This document shows, piece by piece, positions 48,643-58,226 of a stretch of DNA of 64,000 nucleotides. Both the position numbers and the translations under genes were made by a program. The number at the start of each line of letters is the position of its first letter. The stretch's first letter is position 1. The notes under the pieces were generated by a model. It did no database searches, was not told the origin of the DNA, and saw only the letters and a list, made by a program, of their open reading frames with translations. Source of the DNA: a virus; the IMG/VR virus record IMGVR_UViG_3300042564_000781, positions 56,668-120,667 of that record; one strand, given 5' to 3'.

Positions 48643-49653
48643 ATGGCATCATTAGCTGAAATCAGAGCAAAGCTCAAAGAGCAAGAAGGTAATTCAAAGG
48701 GTGGCGGTGAACGTACCGGTGGAGATAATTCCATTTACCCTTTCTGGAACTTAAAAGAAGGTTCCGAATCAACAGTCCGTTTTTTACCTGACGGAAATCC
48801 CGACAATACATTTTTCTGGGTCGAACGTGCAATGATCAAATTGCCATTCGCCGGCGTTAAAGGTTCTACTGACTCCAAGTCTGTAACCGTCAATGTCCCC
48901 TGCATGGAAATGTATGGCGAAGCTTGTCCAATCTTGAGCGAAGTACGTGGTTGGTTTAAAGATCCAGCATTGGAAGATATGGGTCGTAAGTATTGGAAGA
49001 AACGTAGCTACATCTTCCAAGGATACGTTGTTGAAGACGGTCTTAAAGAAGAAAATCGTCCGGAAAATGCAAATCGTCGATTTATTATCGGACCACAGAT
49101 CTTCCAATTGATCAAGGGTGCATTGCTTGATCCAGAAATGGATGACATGCCAACTGATCCAGTCAACGGTGTTGACTTCAAGTTGATCAAAACTTCAAAA
49201 GGTGGTTATGCTGACTACTCTACTAGCAAGTGGAGCCGCCGTACTCGTCCATTGGATAGTACAGAAACTGCTAACTTGGAAACACATGGCTTGTTCAATC
49301 TTAAAGATTACTTGCCTAAGAAGCCAACTGACGTTGAAGTCAAAGTTATGAAAGAAATGTTTGAAGCAAGTGTTGATGGCGAGCCGTTTGATATGGATCG
49401 CTGGGGACAGTACTTTAAGCCAGCAGGTATGGGCCAGGCAACTGGTGATCCTAACTCTGCGCCTAAGGCAACTCCTGTTGCTCGTCCTGCACCAGTAGCA
49501 GCACCTGCCGCAGAAGATGCAGCACCTTGGGAAGAAGAAGTTGCTACAGCTGAGAAATCATTCTCAGCACCTAAGCAAGAATCAGCACCAGCTGCCAGTG
49601 GCGGTCGTGCAGAAGACATTCTTGCTATGATTCGCAATCGTAACAAGCAGTAA
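48643..49653 (+). CDS. gp32: Single-stranded DNA-binding protein
   Basis: VRFLPD, C...YGE.CPI, YWKKRSY, G.DF.L.K..KGGYADY..S, upstream of uvsX. Confidence 0.85.
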   Translation: MASLAEIRAKLKEQEGNSKGGGERTGGDNSIYPFWNLKEGSESTVRFLPDGNPDNTFFWVERAMIKLPFAGVKGSTDSKSVTVNVPCMEMYGEACPILSEVRGWFKDPALEDMGRKYWKKRSYIFQGYVVEDGLKEENRPENANRRFIIGPQIFQLIKGALLDPEMDDMPTDPVNGVDFKLIKTSKGGYADYSTSKWSRRTRPLDSTETANLETHGLFNLKDYLPKKPTDVEVKVMKEMFEASVDGEPFDMDRWGQYFKPAGMGQATGDPNSAPKATPVARPAPVAAPAAEDAAPWEEEVATAEKSFSAPKQESAPAASGGRAEDILAMIRNRNKQ

Positions 49654-49663
49654 GCGTTAGAGT

Positions 49664-49689
49664 AAGTACAGGGTTTGCGCCCTGTACTT
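49664..49689 (+). other. Intergenic RNA hairpin without a U-tract
   Basis: AAGTACAGGG-tttgcg-CCCTGTACTT after the SSB stop codon. Confidence 0.6.
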
Positions 49690-49713
49690 CTCGCCACTAT
49701 TAGGAGAATAACT

Positions 49714-49905
49714 ATGGCTAAACTAAACAAACTCGCAAAAGTAAATGAAAATATCAGTCTTAATCGTTATGACAACGGCTTCATGATAGAAGTTAGTGGT
49801 CGCGATAAGAAAGAAGAATGGAAGACCGCTAAGGTCATGTGCAATACAGAAGAAGAACTTATTGCAGTGATCAAAGAGTGGGTCGCAATGGACTTGGATA
49901 ATTAA
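49714..49905 (+). CDS. Small hypothetical protein
   Basis: An AGGAG SD site precedes the ATG at 49714 (MAKLNK). Confidence 0.7.
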   Translation: MAKLNKLAKVNENISLNRYDNGFMIEVSGRDKKEEWKTAKVMCNTEEELIAVIKEWVAMDLDN

Positions 49906-49907
49906 TC

Positions 49908-50987
49908 ATGGCAACAAAAGCATTTGACTTATCTAAATTCCGCAAAACCCTAACCAAGAGCATCGATGGCTTAGGTGTTGGCTTTAATGATCCTACAGAT
50001 TGGATCTCAACAGGCAACTATGCTCTAAACTATTTGATTAGTTCAGATTTTAACAAAGGTGTGCCACTTGGTAAAGTGACAGTCCTTGCAGGTGAATCAG
50101 GAGCAGGTAAGAGTTATATCTGTTCTGGCAATCTTATCAAAGCCGCTCAACAACAAGGCATTTATGTAGTGTTAGTTGACAGTGAAAATGCTCTTGATGA
50201 GAAATGGCTTCATGCACTTGGCGTAGATACAAGTGAACAAAAATTGTTAAAACTCAATATGGCCATGATTGACGACGTGGCAAAGACCATTAGTGAATTC
50301 ATGAAAGAGTACAAAACAATGGATGAAGCAACTCGTCCTAAAGTATTGTTTGTCATTGACTCATTAGGTATGTTGTTAACTCCAACAGACGTTAATCAGT
50401 TTGAAGCAGGCGAAATGAAAGGTGACATGGGCCGTAAGCCTAAGGCACTTACTTCATTAGTTCGTAATTGTGTAAACATGTTTGGCAGCTACAATGTTGG
50501 ATTGGTTTGTACAAATCACACCTACGCAAGTCAAGACATGTTTGATCCAGATGACAAAATTTCAGGTGGACAAGGTTTCATTTATGCAAGTAGTATTGTT
50601 ATTGCCATGCGTAAACTGAAATTGAAAACTGATGCCGATGGCAACAAGACTACCACAGTAAATGGTATCCGTGCCGCTTGTAAGATCATGAAAACACGCT
50701 ATGCAAAGCCATTTGAATCAGTACAAGTTGAGATTCCTTATGCAACAGGCATGAGTCCATACAGTGGTCTTACTGATCTGTGTGAGGCAAAAGGTTTGCT
50801 TACAAAAGATGGCAACAGACTTAAATACGTTTCTACAGATGGTACAGAGATTAAATTGTATCGTAAGGAATGGGAACGTAATGAAGATGGATGTCTTGAT
50901 AAAGTCATGCTTGAATTTAATAATGTTCGCCCAGTTCCTACAGTACAACTTGCTATTGATGAAGAAACTGGAGAAATTATAGAATGA
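49908..50987 (+). CDS. uvsX: RecA-like recombinase
   Basis: ISTG...LN, GESGAGKS, DSENA, IDSLG, NHTY, SGG.G..YASS. Confidence 0.92.
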   Translation: MATKAFDLSKFRKTLTKSIDGLGVGFNDPTDWISTGNYALNYLISSDFNKGVPLGKVTVLAGESGAGKSYICSGNLIKAAQQQGIYVVLVDSENALDEKWLHALGVDTSEQKLLKLNMAMIDDVAKTISEFMKEYKTMDEATRPKVLFVIDSLGMLLTPTDVNQFEAGEMKGDMGRKPKALTSLVRNCVNMFGSYNVGLVCTNHTYASQDMFDPDDKISGGQGFIYASSIVIAMRKLKLKTDADGNKTTTVNGIRAACKIMKTRYAKPFESVQVEIPYATGMSPYSGLTDLCEAKGLLTKDGNRLKYVSTDGTEIKLYRKEWERNEDGCLDKVMLEFNNVRPVPTVQLAIDEETGEIIE

Positions 50988-51232
50988 ACGAAAATCATAT
51001 TGGTGATATTTGGATGTTGTTTAAAGAGTACGTTGACAAAAAAGTACTTGACGTATTAGCAGAACGATATGTTGATTTGTTAGCAGATCACGGTGTCAGC
51101 GATAAGGTTATGGCTGGCGCCTCTGGTGTTGACGATGACCTTGATAATGCTATTGACTTTTATCTAGATGAAACAAGTGACGAGGAAGAACTCGACGACG
51201 AAGATTTAGATTCTTATGAAGATGATGAATAA
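50984..51232 (+). CDS. Small acidic hypothetical protein
   Basis: 82 aa with a D/E-rich tail, between uvsX and uvsY. Confidence 0.7.
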   Translation: MNENHIGDIWMLFKEYVDKKVLDVLAERYVDLLADHGVSDKVMAGASGVDDDLDNAIDFYLDETSDEEELDDEDLDSYEDDE

Positions 51233-51235
51233 TCT

Positions 51236-51691
51236 ATGACTTGGTATACAAAAGTTTCAAAAGATATTTCGTATATTCCCGATGCTGTAGCACACTATGA
51301 ACTTGAATTACAGGCAGCAAAGACAGATGCTCGCATAGCGGGGAACATTGAAAAGGCCGCTGCCAGGATGCCAGGCATTGTGGAAGAACGATTTGGTCAG
51401 CTACAAGAAATTGAAGCAATTTTGGAATATTTGAATATTGAACTTAGACGACTTAAGAGTCAACACTTCCGTAAATATTTAGAAAACTATCAAAGGGCTC
51501 TGTCATCAAGAGATTGTGAAAAATTTGTTGAAGGCGAGTCTGATGTGGTTGACTTTGAAAAAATTATCAATGAGTTTGCCCTGCTGAGAAACAAGTGGCT
51601 AGGCATTACTAAAGCATTAGATCAAAAACAATGGCAATTAACCAACATTGTTAAACTTAGAGTAGCTGGCATGGAAGATGCCACGTTATAA
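51236..51691 (+). CDS. uvsY: Recombination mediator
   Basis: Helical protein of about 150 aa with K....K.WQL.NIV.LR.AG at the C-terminus, in uvsX/uvsW context. Confidence 0.75.
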   Translation: MTWYTKVSKDISYIPDAVAHYELELQAAKTDARIAGNIEKAAARMPGIVEERFGQLQEIEAILEYLNIELRRLKSQHFRKYLENYQRALSSRDCEKFVEGESDVVDFEKIINEFALLRNKWLGITKALDQKQWQLTNIVKLRVAGMEDATL

Positions 51692-51700
51692 TCATAAAAC

Positions 51701-51729
51701 TTGACTTTTAACTTATACTCTAGTATAAT
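51701..51729 (+). promoter_or_regulatory. Sigma70-type promoter
   Basis: TTGACT-17 bp-TATAAT, with the ATG 6 nt downstream. Confidence 0.8.
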
Positions 51730-51735
51730 CTAACT

Positions 51736-52911
51736 ATGATAACAGTAGACACATTGCTCATAGAGCTGTCCCGTCAAGGCATTGAAACCTTAAGTTCTCA
51801 GATTGCCAACAGAGATAAAAAAGTTTTAATCAGTCTTGCTAGGCAAATTACATCGGGTCAATTTTTGACTGAAAATCAGTCAAAATTACTGATAAAAATT
51901 CTCAAAGAAAACGATCAACATATTTTTGATCCAACGTCTACCACTCGCACTGTTGTTGATAATCCCACATGGACACACCCCTTTAGAGTGATTGAACAGG
52001 TTAGAAAAATTTTCTTATCCAAAGACCACGATGGCCGAATCATAGTGGAATTTACCCATAATAAACGTCTACGACAGCAAATCACTGACCTCAATAAAAT
52101 CATCGAAGGTCAGATGCTGTCGATTAATAACAGGCAGTATAGTGTACCACTAACTGAAAAAAATCTCTACCAGATAGTCGCAGTGTTCAAATCACATGGG
52201 TTCGAAGTAGATCCAATTATTATGAAATTTTACCAAGAAATTTCAGAAATTCGCTCAAGAAAGTCAACCCAGTTTGATGTGTTTAATTTAACTAATGAAA
52301 AATTAATTACCGCGGTGCATAATGAAATTGGTCAGATATCAGACGACAATTTGATTATGTTAAACGATCGAAGCTTGAAATTTCAATTCACAATTTTTCC
52401 AAAAAATCCAGAAATTTCACTGAAAAATTCACTGGCTAACAGGCCGTCACCTCGAGTATGGATTGATAGTAACACTACCCCACTTGATGAGTTAGTTACG
52501 GCACTATACAAATTAAATCGATTACCTGTACTATTTGTGTTCAACGGTCATGACTCTAAAGAGTGTTTACAAAACCTCAAAAAATTGGAAAAATCACTGA
52601 AAAATAGTGACCTTGATAAGATCGGGATTTATTTTAGATTTGATAGTGGCAGTGATAATAACAAAGAATTTAATTCTTTAATTTCACAATTAGATTACAA
52701 CTCTAAATTAAATCAACAGACACAGGTAGCAGGTATTGCAAATAATAAATTACCAAAATTCATGCTAAAAAATGGTTGGTATCCATCAAGTGTAGTATCA
52801 TTCTCAAATAATTTTAAAAGCAATAAAACCAGTGTCTATTGCAATTCAGTTGATTTGATAGTATACTACAATGATAAACGTCCCTTAGGAGGGGTAGATG
52901 CCATCGTGTAA
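51736..52911 (+). CDS. Hypothetical protein
   Basis: 391-aa ORF overlapping the start of uvsW. Confidence 0.7.
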   Translation: MITVDTLLIELSRQGIETLSSQIANRDKKVLISLARQITSGQFLTENQSKLLIKILKENDQHIFDPTSTTRTVVDNPTWTHPFRVIEQVRKIFLSKDHDGRIIVEFTHNKRLRQQITDLNKIIEGQMLSINNRQYSVPLTEKNLYQIVAVFKSHGFEVDPIIMKFYQEISEIRSRKSTQFDVFNLTNEKLITAVHNEIGQISDDNLIMLNDRSLKFQFTIFPKNPEISLKNSLANRPSPRVWIDSNTTPLDELVTALYKLNRLPVLFVFNGHDSKECLQNLKKLEKSLKNSDLDKIGIYFRFDSGSDNNKEFNSLISQLDYNSKLNQQTQVAGIANNKLPKFMLKNGWYPSSVVSFSNNFKSNKTSVYCNSVDLIVYYNDKRPLGGVDAIV

Positions 52912-54358
52912 ATTGATCATTCAAGATGAGGTAAATCTTAAGGTAGAAGGACTTCCTGTTGAAATTCGACGTAAGTTAGCAAATACATTTAAGTATGAGG
53001 ACCCTACTGCTCGTTATCGTCCAGCATATAAGTTAGGTAGGTGGGATGGAGCAATTACATTATTTGGATTAGGTGGTAACGGCTACCTAAGCCAGCTGCC
53101 AAAGATCTTAGAAGTACTGGAAAAAAGCGGCGTTGAGATAACAGAAATTATCGACAATCGTGCAGCCATTAATTTGCAGTTTCCTAAAGTAGAAGCAGAC
53201 TTTTGGGGAGATCAATGCTGGCCTGTTGGACACAGATTTGCAGGTCAGCCAATTAGACTGCGTGAAGATCAAGTTGAAGTAGTAAATAAATTTCTTGAAA
53301 ATCCTCAGTGTTTACAGGAAATTGCCACTGGCTTTGGCAAGACAATAACCACAGCAACATTAGCAAAGATTTGTGAACCTTACGGTCGAACATTTACTAT
53401 TGTACCTAATAAAAGTCTTGTTGAACAAACAGAAGAAGATTTTATCAACTGCGGCCTTGATGTAGGTGTGTACTATGGTGATCGCAAAGATCTCTATAAA
53501 ACTCACACTATTGCCACTTGGCAGAGTCTTAATATACTCGACAAGAAAAGTAAAAATCACGAGCAAGACATATTAACACTTGCAGAATTTCTTGACGGTG
53601 TTACTACAATTATGGTAGACGAGGTACACATGGCTAAAGCTACTGTGTTGAGAAATTTGCTGACACAGAACTTTAACAATGCTCCTATTCGTTGGGGTTT
53701 AACTGGCACTGTACCTAAAGAAGATTTTGAAGCACAGCAAATTTTTGTAAGTCTTGGACCCTGTGTACACGAAGTTCACGCACATGAATTACAAGCACAA
53801 GGTGTTTTAAGTGACTGCCATGTAAACATAACACAACTTATTGACTTACCTGAATTTAAGTCATATGCAGAAGAATACAAGTATCTTGTCACTGATGAAG
53901 ACAGGATGATTTTTATATCAAAACTAGTAAATGGCATTAGTAATAGTGGTAATACCCTTGTACTGGTAAATCGAATAGAGACAGGTAAATTCATTGTTAA
54001 CGAAATTCCAGATAGTGTCTTTATTTCAGGTGAAGTAAAAACTAAAGATAGAAAGAGTGAATACGATGAAATTAAAACTGTTGATAACAAGATTATTGTG
54101 GCGACTTACGGTGTGGCCGCTGTGGGTATTAATATCCCCCGTATTTTTAATCTGGTTATGGTGGAGTCCGGAAAGAGCTTTACAAGGGTTATACAAAGCA
54201 TTGGGCGAGGCATTAGACGTGCAGACGACAAAGACTTTGTCCAAATCTGGGACGTTACAAGTACCTGCAAATACGCCAAGCGCCATCTCACGCAACGTAA
54301 GAAGTTTTACAAGGACGCTAAGTACCCGTTCACGATCGAGAAAATAGACTGGAAATAA
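52898..54358 (+). CDS. uvsW: SF2 DNA helicase
   Basis: WDG.I.LF, ATGFGKT, VDEVH, GLTGT, GINIP, QSIGRGIR. Confidence 0.9.
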   Translation: MPSCKLIIQDEVNLKVEGLPVEIRRKLANTFKYEDPTARYRPAYKLGRWDGAITLFGLGGNGYLSQLPKILEVLEKSGVEITEIIDNRAAINLQFPKVEADFWGDQCWPVGHRFAGQPIRLREDQVEVVNKFLENPQCLQEIATGFGKTITTATLAKICEPYGRTFTIVPNKSLVEQTEEDFINCGLDVGVYYGDRKDLYKTHTIATWQSLNILDKKSKNHEQDILTLAEFLDGVTTIMVDEVHMAKATVLRNLLTQNFNNAPIRWGLTGTVPKEDFEAQQIFVSLGPCVHEVHAHELQAQGVLSDCHVNITQLIDLPEFKSYAEEYKYLVTDEDRMIFISKLVNGISNSGNTLVLVNRIETGKFIVNEIPDSVFISGEVKTKDRKSEYDEIKTVDNKIIVATYGVAAVGINIPRIFNLVMVESGKSFTRVIQSIGRGIRRADDKDFVQIWDVTSTCKYAKRHLTQRKKFYKDAKYPFTIEKIDWK

Positions 54359-54368
54359 TAACAAAAAT

Positions 54369-54875
54369 ATGCAAATACTAACCTTAGACAATCAAGCATT
54401 TGACTTGAATAATTTACCTGATGAGGTAGATGACAGCATGAGATTTGCTGTATTAGATAACAGTGATGCACAAAGTCCTGACTTTTTCTTTCAGCCATTA
54501 ATTTTCTTAGAAAGTTTTAATAGTCCAGCAATGGTACTTAAAATTGGTAACGATGAAGTTACTATGCCCATTGATTGGTCGATTGCAGTCGGCGATAGTT
54601 CTACTGCGAGTGATATTGAAATACTGCCACTTACTAGCTTAAACGATCGCGGATTTGAAGCATTCTGTTTTAACCCATTAAGTAGTTTTAGATTAGAATT
54701 TAAGAAGATCGAAATTGTAAATTTTTATAATGATGTTAAATGGTATTTTCCAAAAATGAAAAATAATCAATTGCTTGCAGTACCGTTAAATAATGAACCA
54801 AAGACGTTATGTGCATATTTTGTTAAAGAAATATCACGTCAAAGTGAAATAATTTTATTAGATAGACTATTGTAA
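54369..54875 (+). CDS. Hypothetical beta-rich protein (possible degenerate Hint fold)
   Basis: 168-aa ORF. See the corresponding finding. Confidence 0.65.
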   Translation: MQILTLDNQAFDLNNLPDEVDDSMRFAVLDNSDAQSPDFFFQPLIFLESFNSPAMVLKIGNDEVTMPIDWSIAVGDSSTASDIEILPLTSLNDRGFEAFCFNPLSSFRLEFKKIEIVNFYNDVKWYFPKMKNNQLLAVPLNNEPKTLCAYFVKEISRQSEIILLDRLL

Positions 54876-54876
54876 T

Positions 54877-55146
54877 ATGGGAAAACTTACACCAGGTGCA
54901 ACGTACATTTACGAACGCAACGCTGGCGAAGTATATGCCAGAGAAGTTGGGGCTGACCCAAGTACACGAAAATTAATTGGATACAATTGGGATCCTGTCA
55001 GCGGCAAGCGGAGCACACACGACCATATAATAGAAGACAAAATGTGGGGTGAAATTCGTCGAATGGCTCCTACCAATCCCGCTTTACAAAAGGCACTGGA
55101 CCGTGCTATAATGATATATAGACTAAGCAAGGACAAACCATTATGA
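54877..55146 (+). CDS. Hypothetical protein
   Basis: 89-aa ORF in the operon (YIYER..G.VYARE). Confidence 0.65.
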   Translation: MGKLTPGATYIYERNAGEVYAREVGADPSTRKLIGYNWDPVSGKRSTHDHIIEDKMWGEIRRMAPTNPALQKALDRAIMIYRLSKDKPL

Positions 55147-55448
55147 GTACAGACGCAGATAAATTTAATCATAGCAAACGTCTTCAACGGAACGAAAACG
55201 CTGTAAAGAAACAAGTAAAAATTGCTAAAGCACACGGTCTAACTGATAAAGATAAAGCAGTTAAGGAACCGCACCGCTTAGAAAAACACCATGCTATGGA
55301 CTGCGGTAATCCCGGATGTATGCTATGTGGTAATCCTCGTAAGCTATGGCACGAATTAACTGCACAAGAAAAACGCATGTTCCAAGAAACAGAAATTCGT
55401 CGTATGCGCCATAGTAATGGTACAATTCCAGAGGATGATAATGAGTGA
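55143..55448 (+). CDS. Hypothetical basic protein with CGNPGCMLCGNPR motif
   Basis: ATGA coupling with the previous gene and a His/Cys cluster. Confidence 0.65.
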   Translation: MSTDADKFNHSKRLQRNENAVKKQVKIAKAHGLTDKDKAVKEPHRLEKHHAMDCGNPGCMLCGNPRKLWHELTAQEKRMFQETEIRRMRHSNGTIPEDDNE

Positions 55449-55911
55449 AAAGGTTGAACTAAAAGATAAACTTGCAGCCGTTGATATGAACTACAAAGGC
55501 CTGTGGGACGAGTTAGATGCTGAACAACAGAAGGCACTTAAGAGTGAGTTGTTTATTTTAAATCGATACATTAGCAATGCCCAAGGCAATCGAGAAATTC
55601 AGGAACATTTTATTTTAACTGTTAATGAATACTTTAACAAGCACTGGAATATTCTACAGAAGCATCCAAAATTGTTATGGCAATTGCTTTGTATGTGCGG
55701 GCATGAAAGTCAAAAGATATTTTTTCATCAATGGATTGGCTTTAAGAAAAAACAAGGCAATAACAAACTATCTAAGTTTTTATTAGAAATATACCCAAAC
55801 AAAAAACAAGATGAAATTGAAATGATGAGTCAATTAATGACTACTGCTGACGCTAAAAAATTAGCACAAACACATGGTTTTGATGATAAACAAATTGCTA
55901 AAATGTTTTAA
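55441..55911 (+). CDS. Probable clamp loader small subunit (T4 gp62-like)
   Basis: F.LNRYIS...VNE..N...QLL...F..WI..KK pattern, with a GAGG SD site before 55441. Confidence 0.55.
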   Translation: MSEKVELKDKLAAVDMNYKGLWDELDAEQQKALKSELFILNRYISNAQGNREIQEHFILTVNEYFNKHWNILQKHPKLLWQLLCMCGHESQKIFFHQWIGFKKKQGNNKLSKFLLEIYPNKKQDEIEMMSQLMTTADAKKLAQTHGFDDKQIAKMF

Positions 55912-55913
55912 CT

Positions 55914-56609
55914 ATGTTAGAATTAAGTGTGAATAAACCTTACGCCTGTCAGTTTTGCAAATCAAAATTTATGCAAGAAAGAACTCTTGCAGTACACATG
56001 TGCGAGCAGAAAAGACGTTACTTGGCCAAGGATGAAAAACATGTTTTTATAGGATATCAAACCTATAATAAATTTTATAGAATTACGCAACAACTAGGTG
56101 TTGACAAAACCTATGACGACTTTGCACGTAGCCCATATTATAATGCTATGGTAAAGTTTGGAAGTTTTGTTAATAACACAAAGCCCCTATACCCTGACAA
56201 ATTTATCGACTATGTAGTACGCAGTGGTGTTAAATTAGATCACTGGTGTAGAGATGAATTATATGAGAAATATGTTATTAACTTAATTCATACTGAATCT
56301 GTCGAGACCGCATTAGAGAGAAGTGTTGCACACATGCAATCCTGGGCCACTGATAATAATGCCCTGTGGAATCATTACTTTAAGTATGTTAGTACTAATC
56401 GAGCTGTATTTGATGTCAAGGATGGTAAAGTGAGCCCGTGGCTAATTCTTAACTGTGCTAGTGGCAAAGCTATGCTGGGCAATTTCCGTGATGATCAGTT
56501 GAGTGCCATTGGCAATGTTATTGATCCGCAGGTATGGGTTAAGAAGTTTAAAACTCAAAAGTTTGACATGGAACTTGTGAGAACTATTGTTAAAGAATCG
56601 AGCCTATAA
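55914..56609 (+). CDS. Hypothetical protein with N-terminal C2H2/C2HC-like zinc finger
   Basis: PYACQFCKSKF.....LAVHMC. Confidence 0.7.
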   Translation: MLELSVNKPYACQFCKSKFMQERTLAVHMCEQKRRYLAKDEKHVFIGYQTYNKFYRITQQLGVDKTYDDFARSPYYNAMVKFGSFVNNTKPLYPDKFIDYVVRSGVKLDHWCRDELYEKYVINLIHTESVETALERSVAHMQSWATDNNALWNHYFKYVSTNRAVFDVKDGKVSPWLILNCASGKAMLGNFRDDQLSAIGNVIDPQVWVKKFKTQKFDMELVRTIVKESSL

Positions 56610-57190
56610 TGCCAGATATTGATATTGACTTTGCTGACAGAGATCACGCCCTTAAATTTATCAAACATATACCTGCGGCTATTAAGGATACAACTGGTAC
56701 TTTTAAAAAGCACAATACTGGCGTATATTGTACACCTATCCCGTACAATCCTGTAAATAACTTATCCAACGTAGACTACAAAGAAGCAGAAGAAAGAGGC
56801 TATTTTAAACTAGACTTTCTAAATGTTAGTATCTATAAAGATGTACGGGATGAAGAGCATCTCAAAACTTTAATGGAGACTGAACCACTATGGGACCTTT
56901 TAGCGCAGGACGATTTCAGCAGTTTACTATTTCACGTCAACGGACACGGAAGCATTTTGAGACAGATGAAGCCGACGAGTATACTCCAACTAGCGGCCGT
57001 TTTGGCTATGATAAGACCCGCAAAGAGGCATTTGATTGGAGAGACCTGGACGACGGTGATGGAGACGATTTGGACAAAGCCCGAGGATGGTGAGTACTAC
57101 TTTAAGAAAGCTCATGCGGTAGCATACGCAATGGCAGTGGTAGTACAGATGAATTTAATCTGTGAAAGTATCAGTTACGGATATACATGA
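56609..57190 (+). CDS. Miniature DNA polymerase III alpha (DnaE)-like catalytic module
   Basis: PDIDIDF, KHNTGVY, KLDFLN, AMIRPA and YFKKAHAVAY occur in DnaE order within 193 aa. Confidence 0.8.
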   Translation: MPDIDIDFADRDHALKFIKHIPAAIKDTTGTFKKHNTGVYCTPIPYNPVNNLSNVDYKEAEERGYFKLDFLNVSIYKDVRDEEHLKTLMETEPLWDLLAQDDFSSLLFHVNGHGSILRQMKPTSILQLAAVLAMIRPAKRHLIGETWTTVMETIWTKPEDGEYYFKKAHAVAYAMAVVVQMNLICESISYGYT

Positions 57191-57804
57191 CTATAGAATA
57201 TTTTGAAACTCCAGTGCCCCATATAATTGTTAGAAACATATTTAATACTAATGATTTAGAAAATGTTTGGAAAGAATTAGCATTCTTAACACATCCAGAC
57301 AAACTGTTATCACCAACAATTACACAATCGGCAATATCACCTAACGGCAATACGGTTAAAAACAACCACGGAGTTTTCTTACATGATATATACCAAACTC
57401 CTAATATTTCAGATATCTATCGATCAATGACTAATGTGTTTACTAGACAATTCTGTGAAGAAGTAGCTTCTAAACATATGATATTTAAATGGTTTACTGA
57501 GCTTACTGATGAATCTTTTTTGTTAAGTTATTATGATGATAATGATAATTACCTTCCACATAAAGATGTGTCTATATATACAGTACTAGTTAACCTATAT
57601 AAAGACCCTAAAGCATTTGTCGGTGGAGATTTGTTGTTGGGTGAAGATGGCTATACAATTCCGTTAGAAAATAATAGGATGATTATTTTTCCAAGTTGGG
57701 CAGTACATGGAGTTACCCCTGTTAAATTTTTAAATACAACAGAAAAATTCTCAGGATGGGGAAGATATACTATTAGTAATTTTCGAATGTACTTACGACA
57801 ATAA
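57187..57804 (+). CDS. 2OG-Fe(II) oxygenase (prolyl-hydroxylase-like)
   Basis: SYY...D.Y.PHxD, F.GGDL, NR.IIFPS...H.V, GRY. Confidence 0.82.
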   Translation: MTIEYFETPVPHIIVRNIFNTNDLENVWKELAFLTHPDKLLSPTITQSAISPNGNTVKNNHGVFLHDIYQTPNISDIYRSMTNVFTRQFCEEVASKHMIFKWFTELTDESFLLSYYDDNDNYLPHKDVSIYTVLVNLYKDPKAFVGGDLLLGEDGYTIPLENNRMIIFPSWAVHGVTPVKFLNTTEKFSGWGRYTISNFRMYLRQ

Positions 57805-57817
57805 GGTACAGATTTAG

Positions 57818-58198
57818 TTAATTCTTAGGTATAGGTCGAACCAATTGTACACTTTTACGTTTGACTCTTTTTAACGTTAAGTTCATTAAATTAACAACTG
57901 GTCCTAATAGTATTCGAACATCCTTACTATTAAATGTCTTTATTGCATACTTAAACGGCGAAATTTCTGTGCGCAGAAAGATATTGATAGGTATCTGTCT
58001 ATTTGATTCCCACCACCAAGTCTCTCCAATATCTAAAAATATCGTCTTTTCTTCGGGTGTTTTAATAATAGATAAGTCGTAGAAGCTAGTTACGAACTGA
58101 TCTTGATTTATAATAATACCTACGAATTCGGCCTCGCCGTAGTGTAATACGCTTATAAACGGTAAGTGTTCTTGTATGTTATCTCTTAATTTAACCAT
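57818..58198 (-). CDS. Hypothetical protein
   Basis: 126 aa with WWWESNR.IPI. A minus-strand TATAAATA lies at 58245-58252. Confidence 0.7.
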   Translation of the reverse strand: MVKLRDNIQEHLPFISVLHYGEAEFVGIIINQDQFVTSFYDLSIIKTPEEKTIFLDIGETWWWESNRQIPINIFLRTEISPFKYAIKTFNSKDVRILLGPVVNLMNLTLKRVKRKSVQLVRPIPKN

Positions 58199-58226
58199 AT
58201 AAATAGTAGTGAGGCCTTTAAACCAA

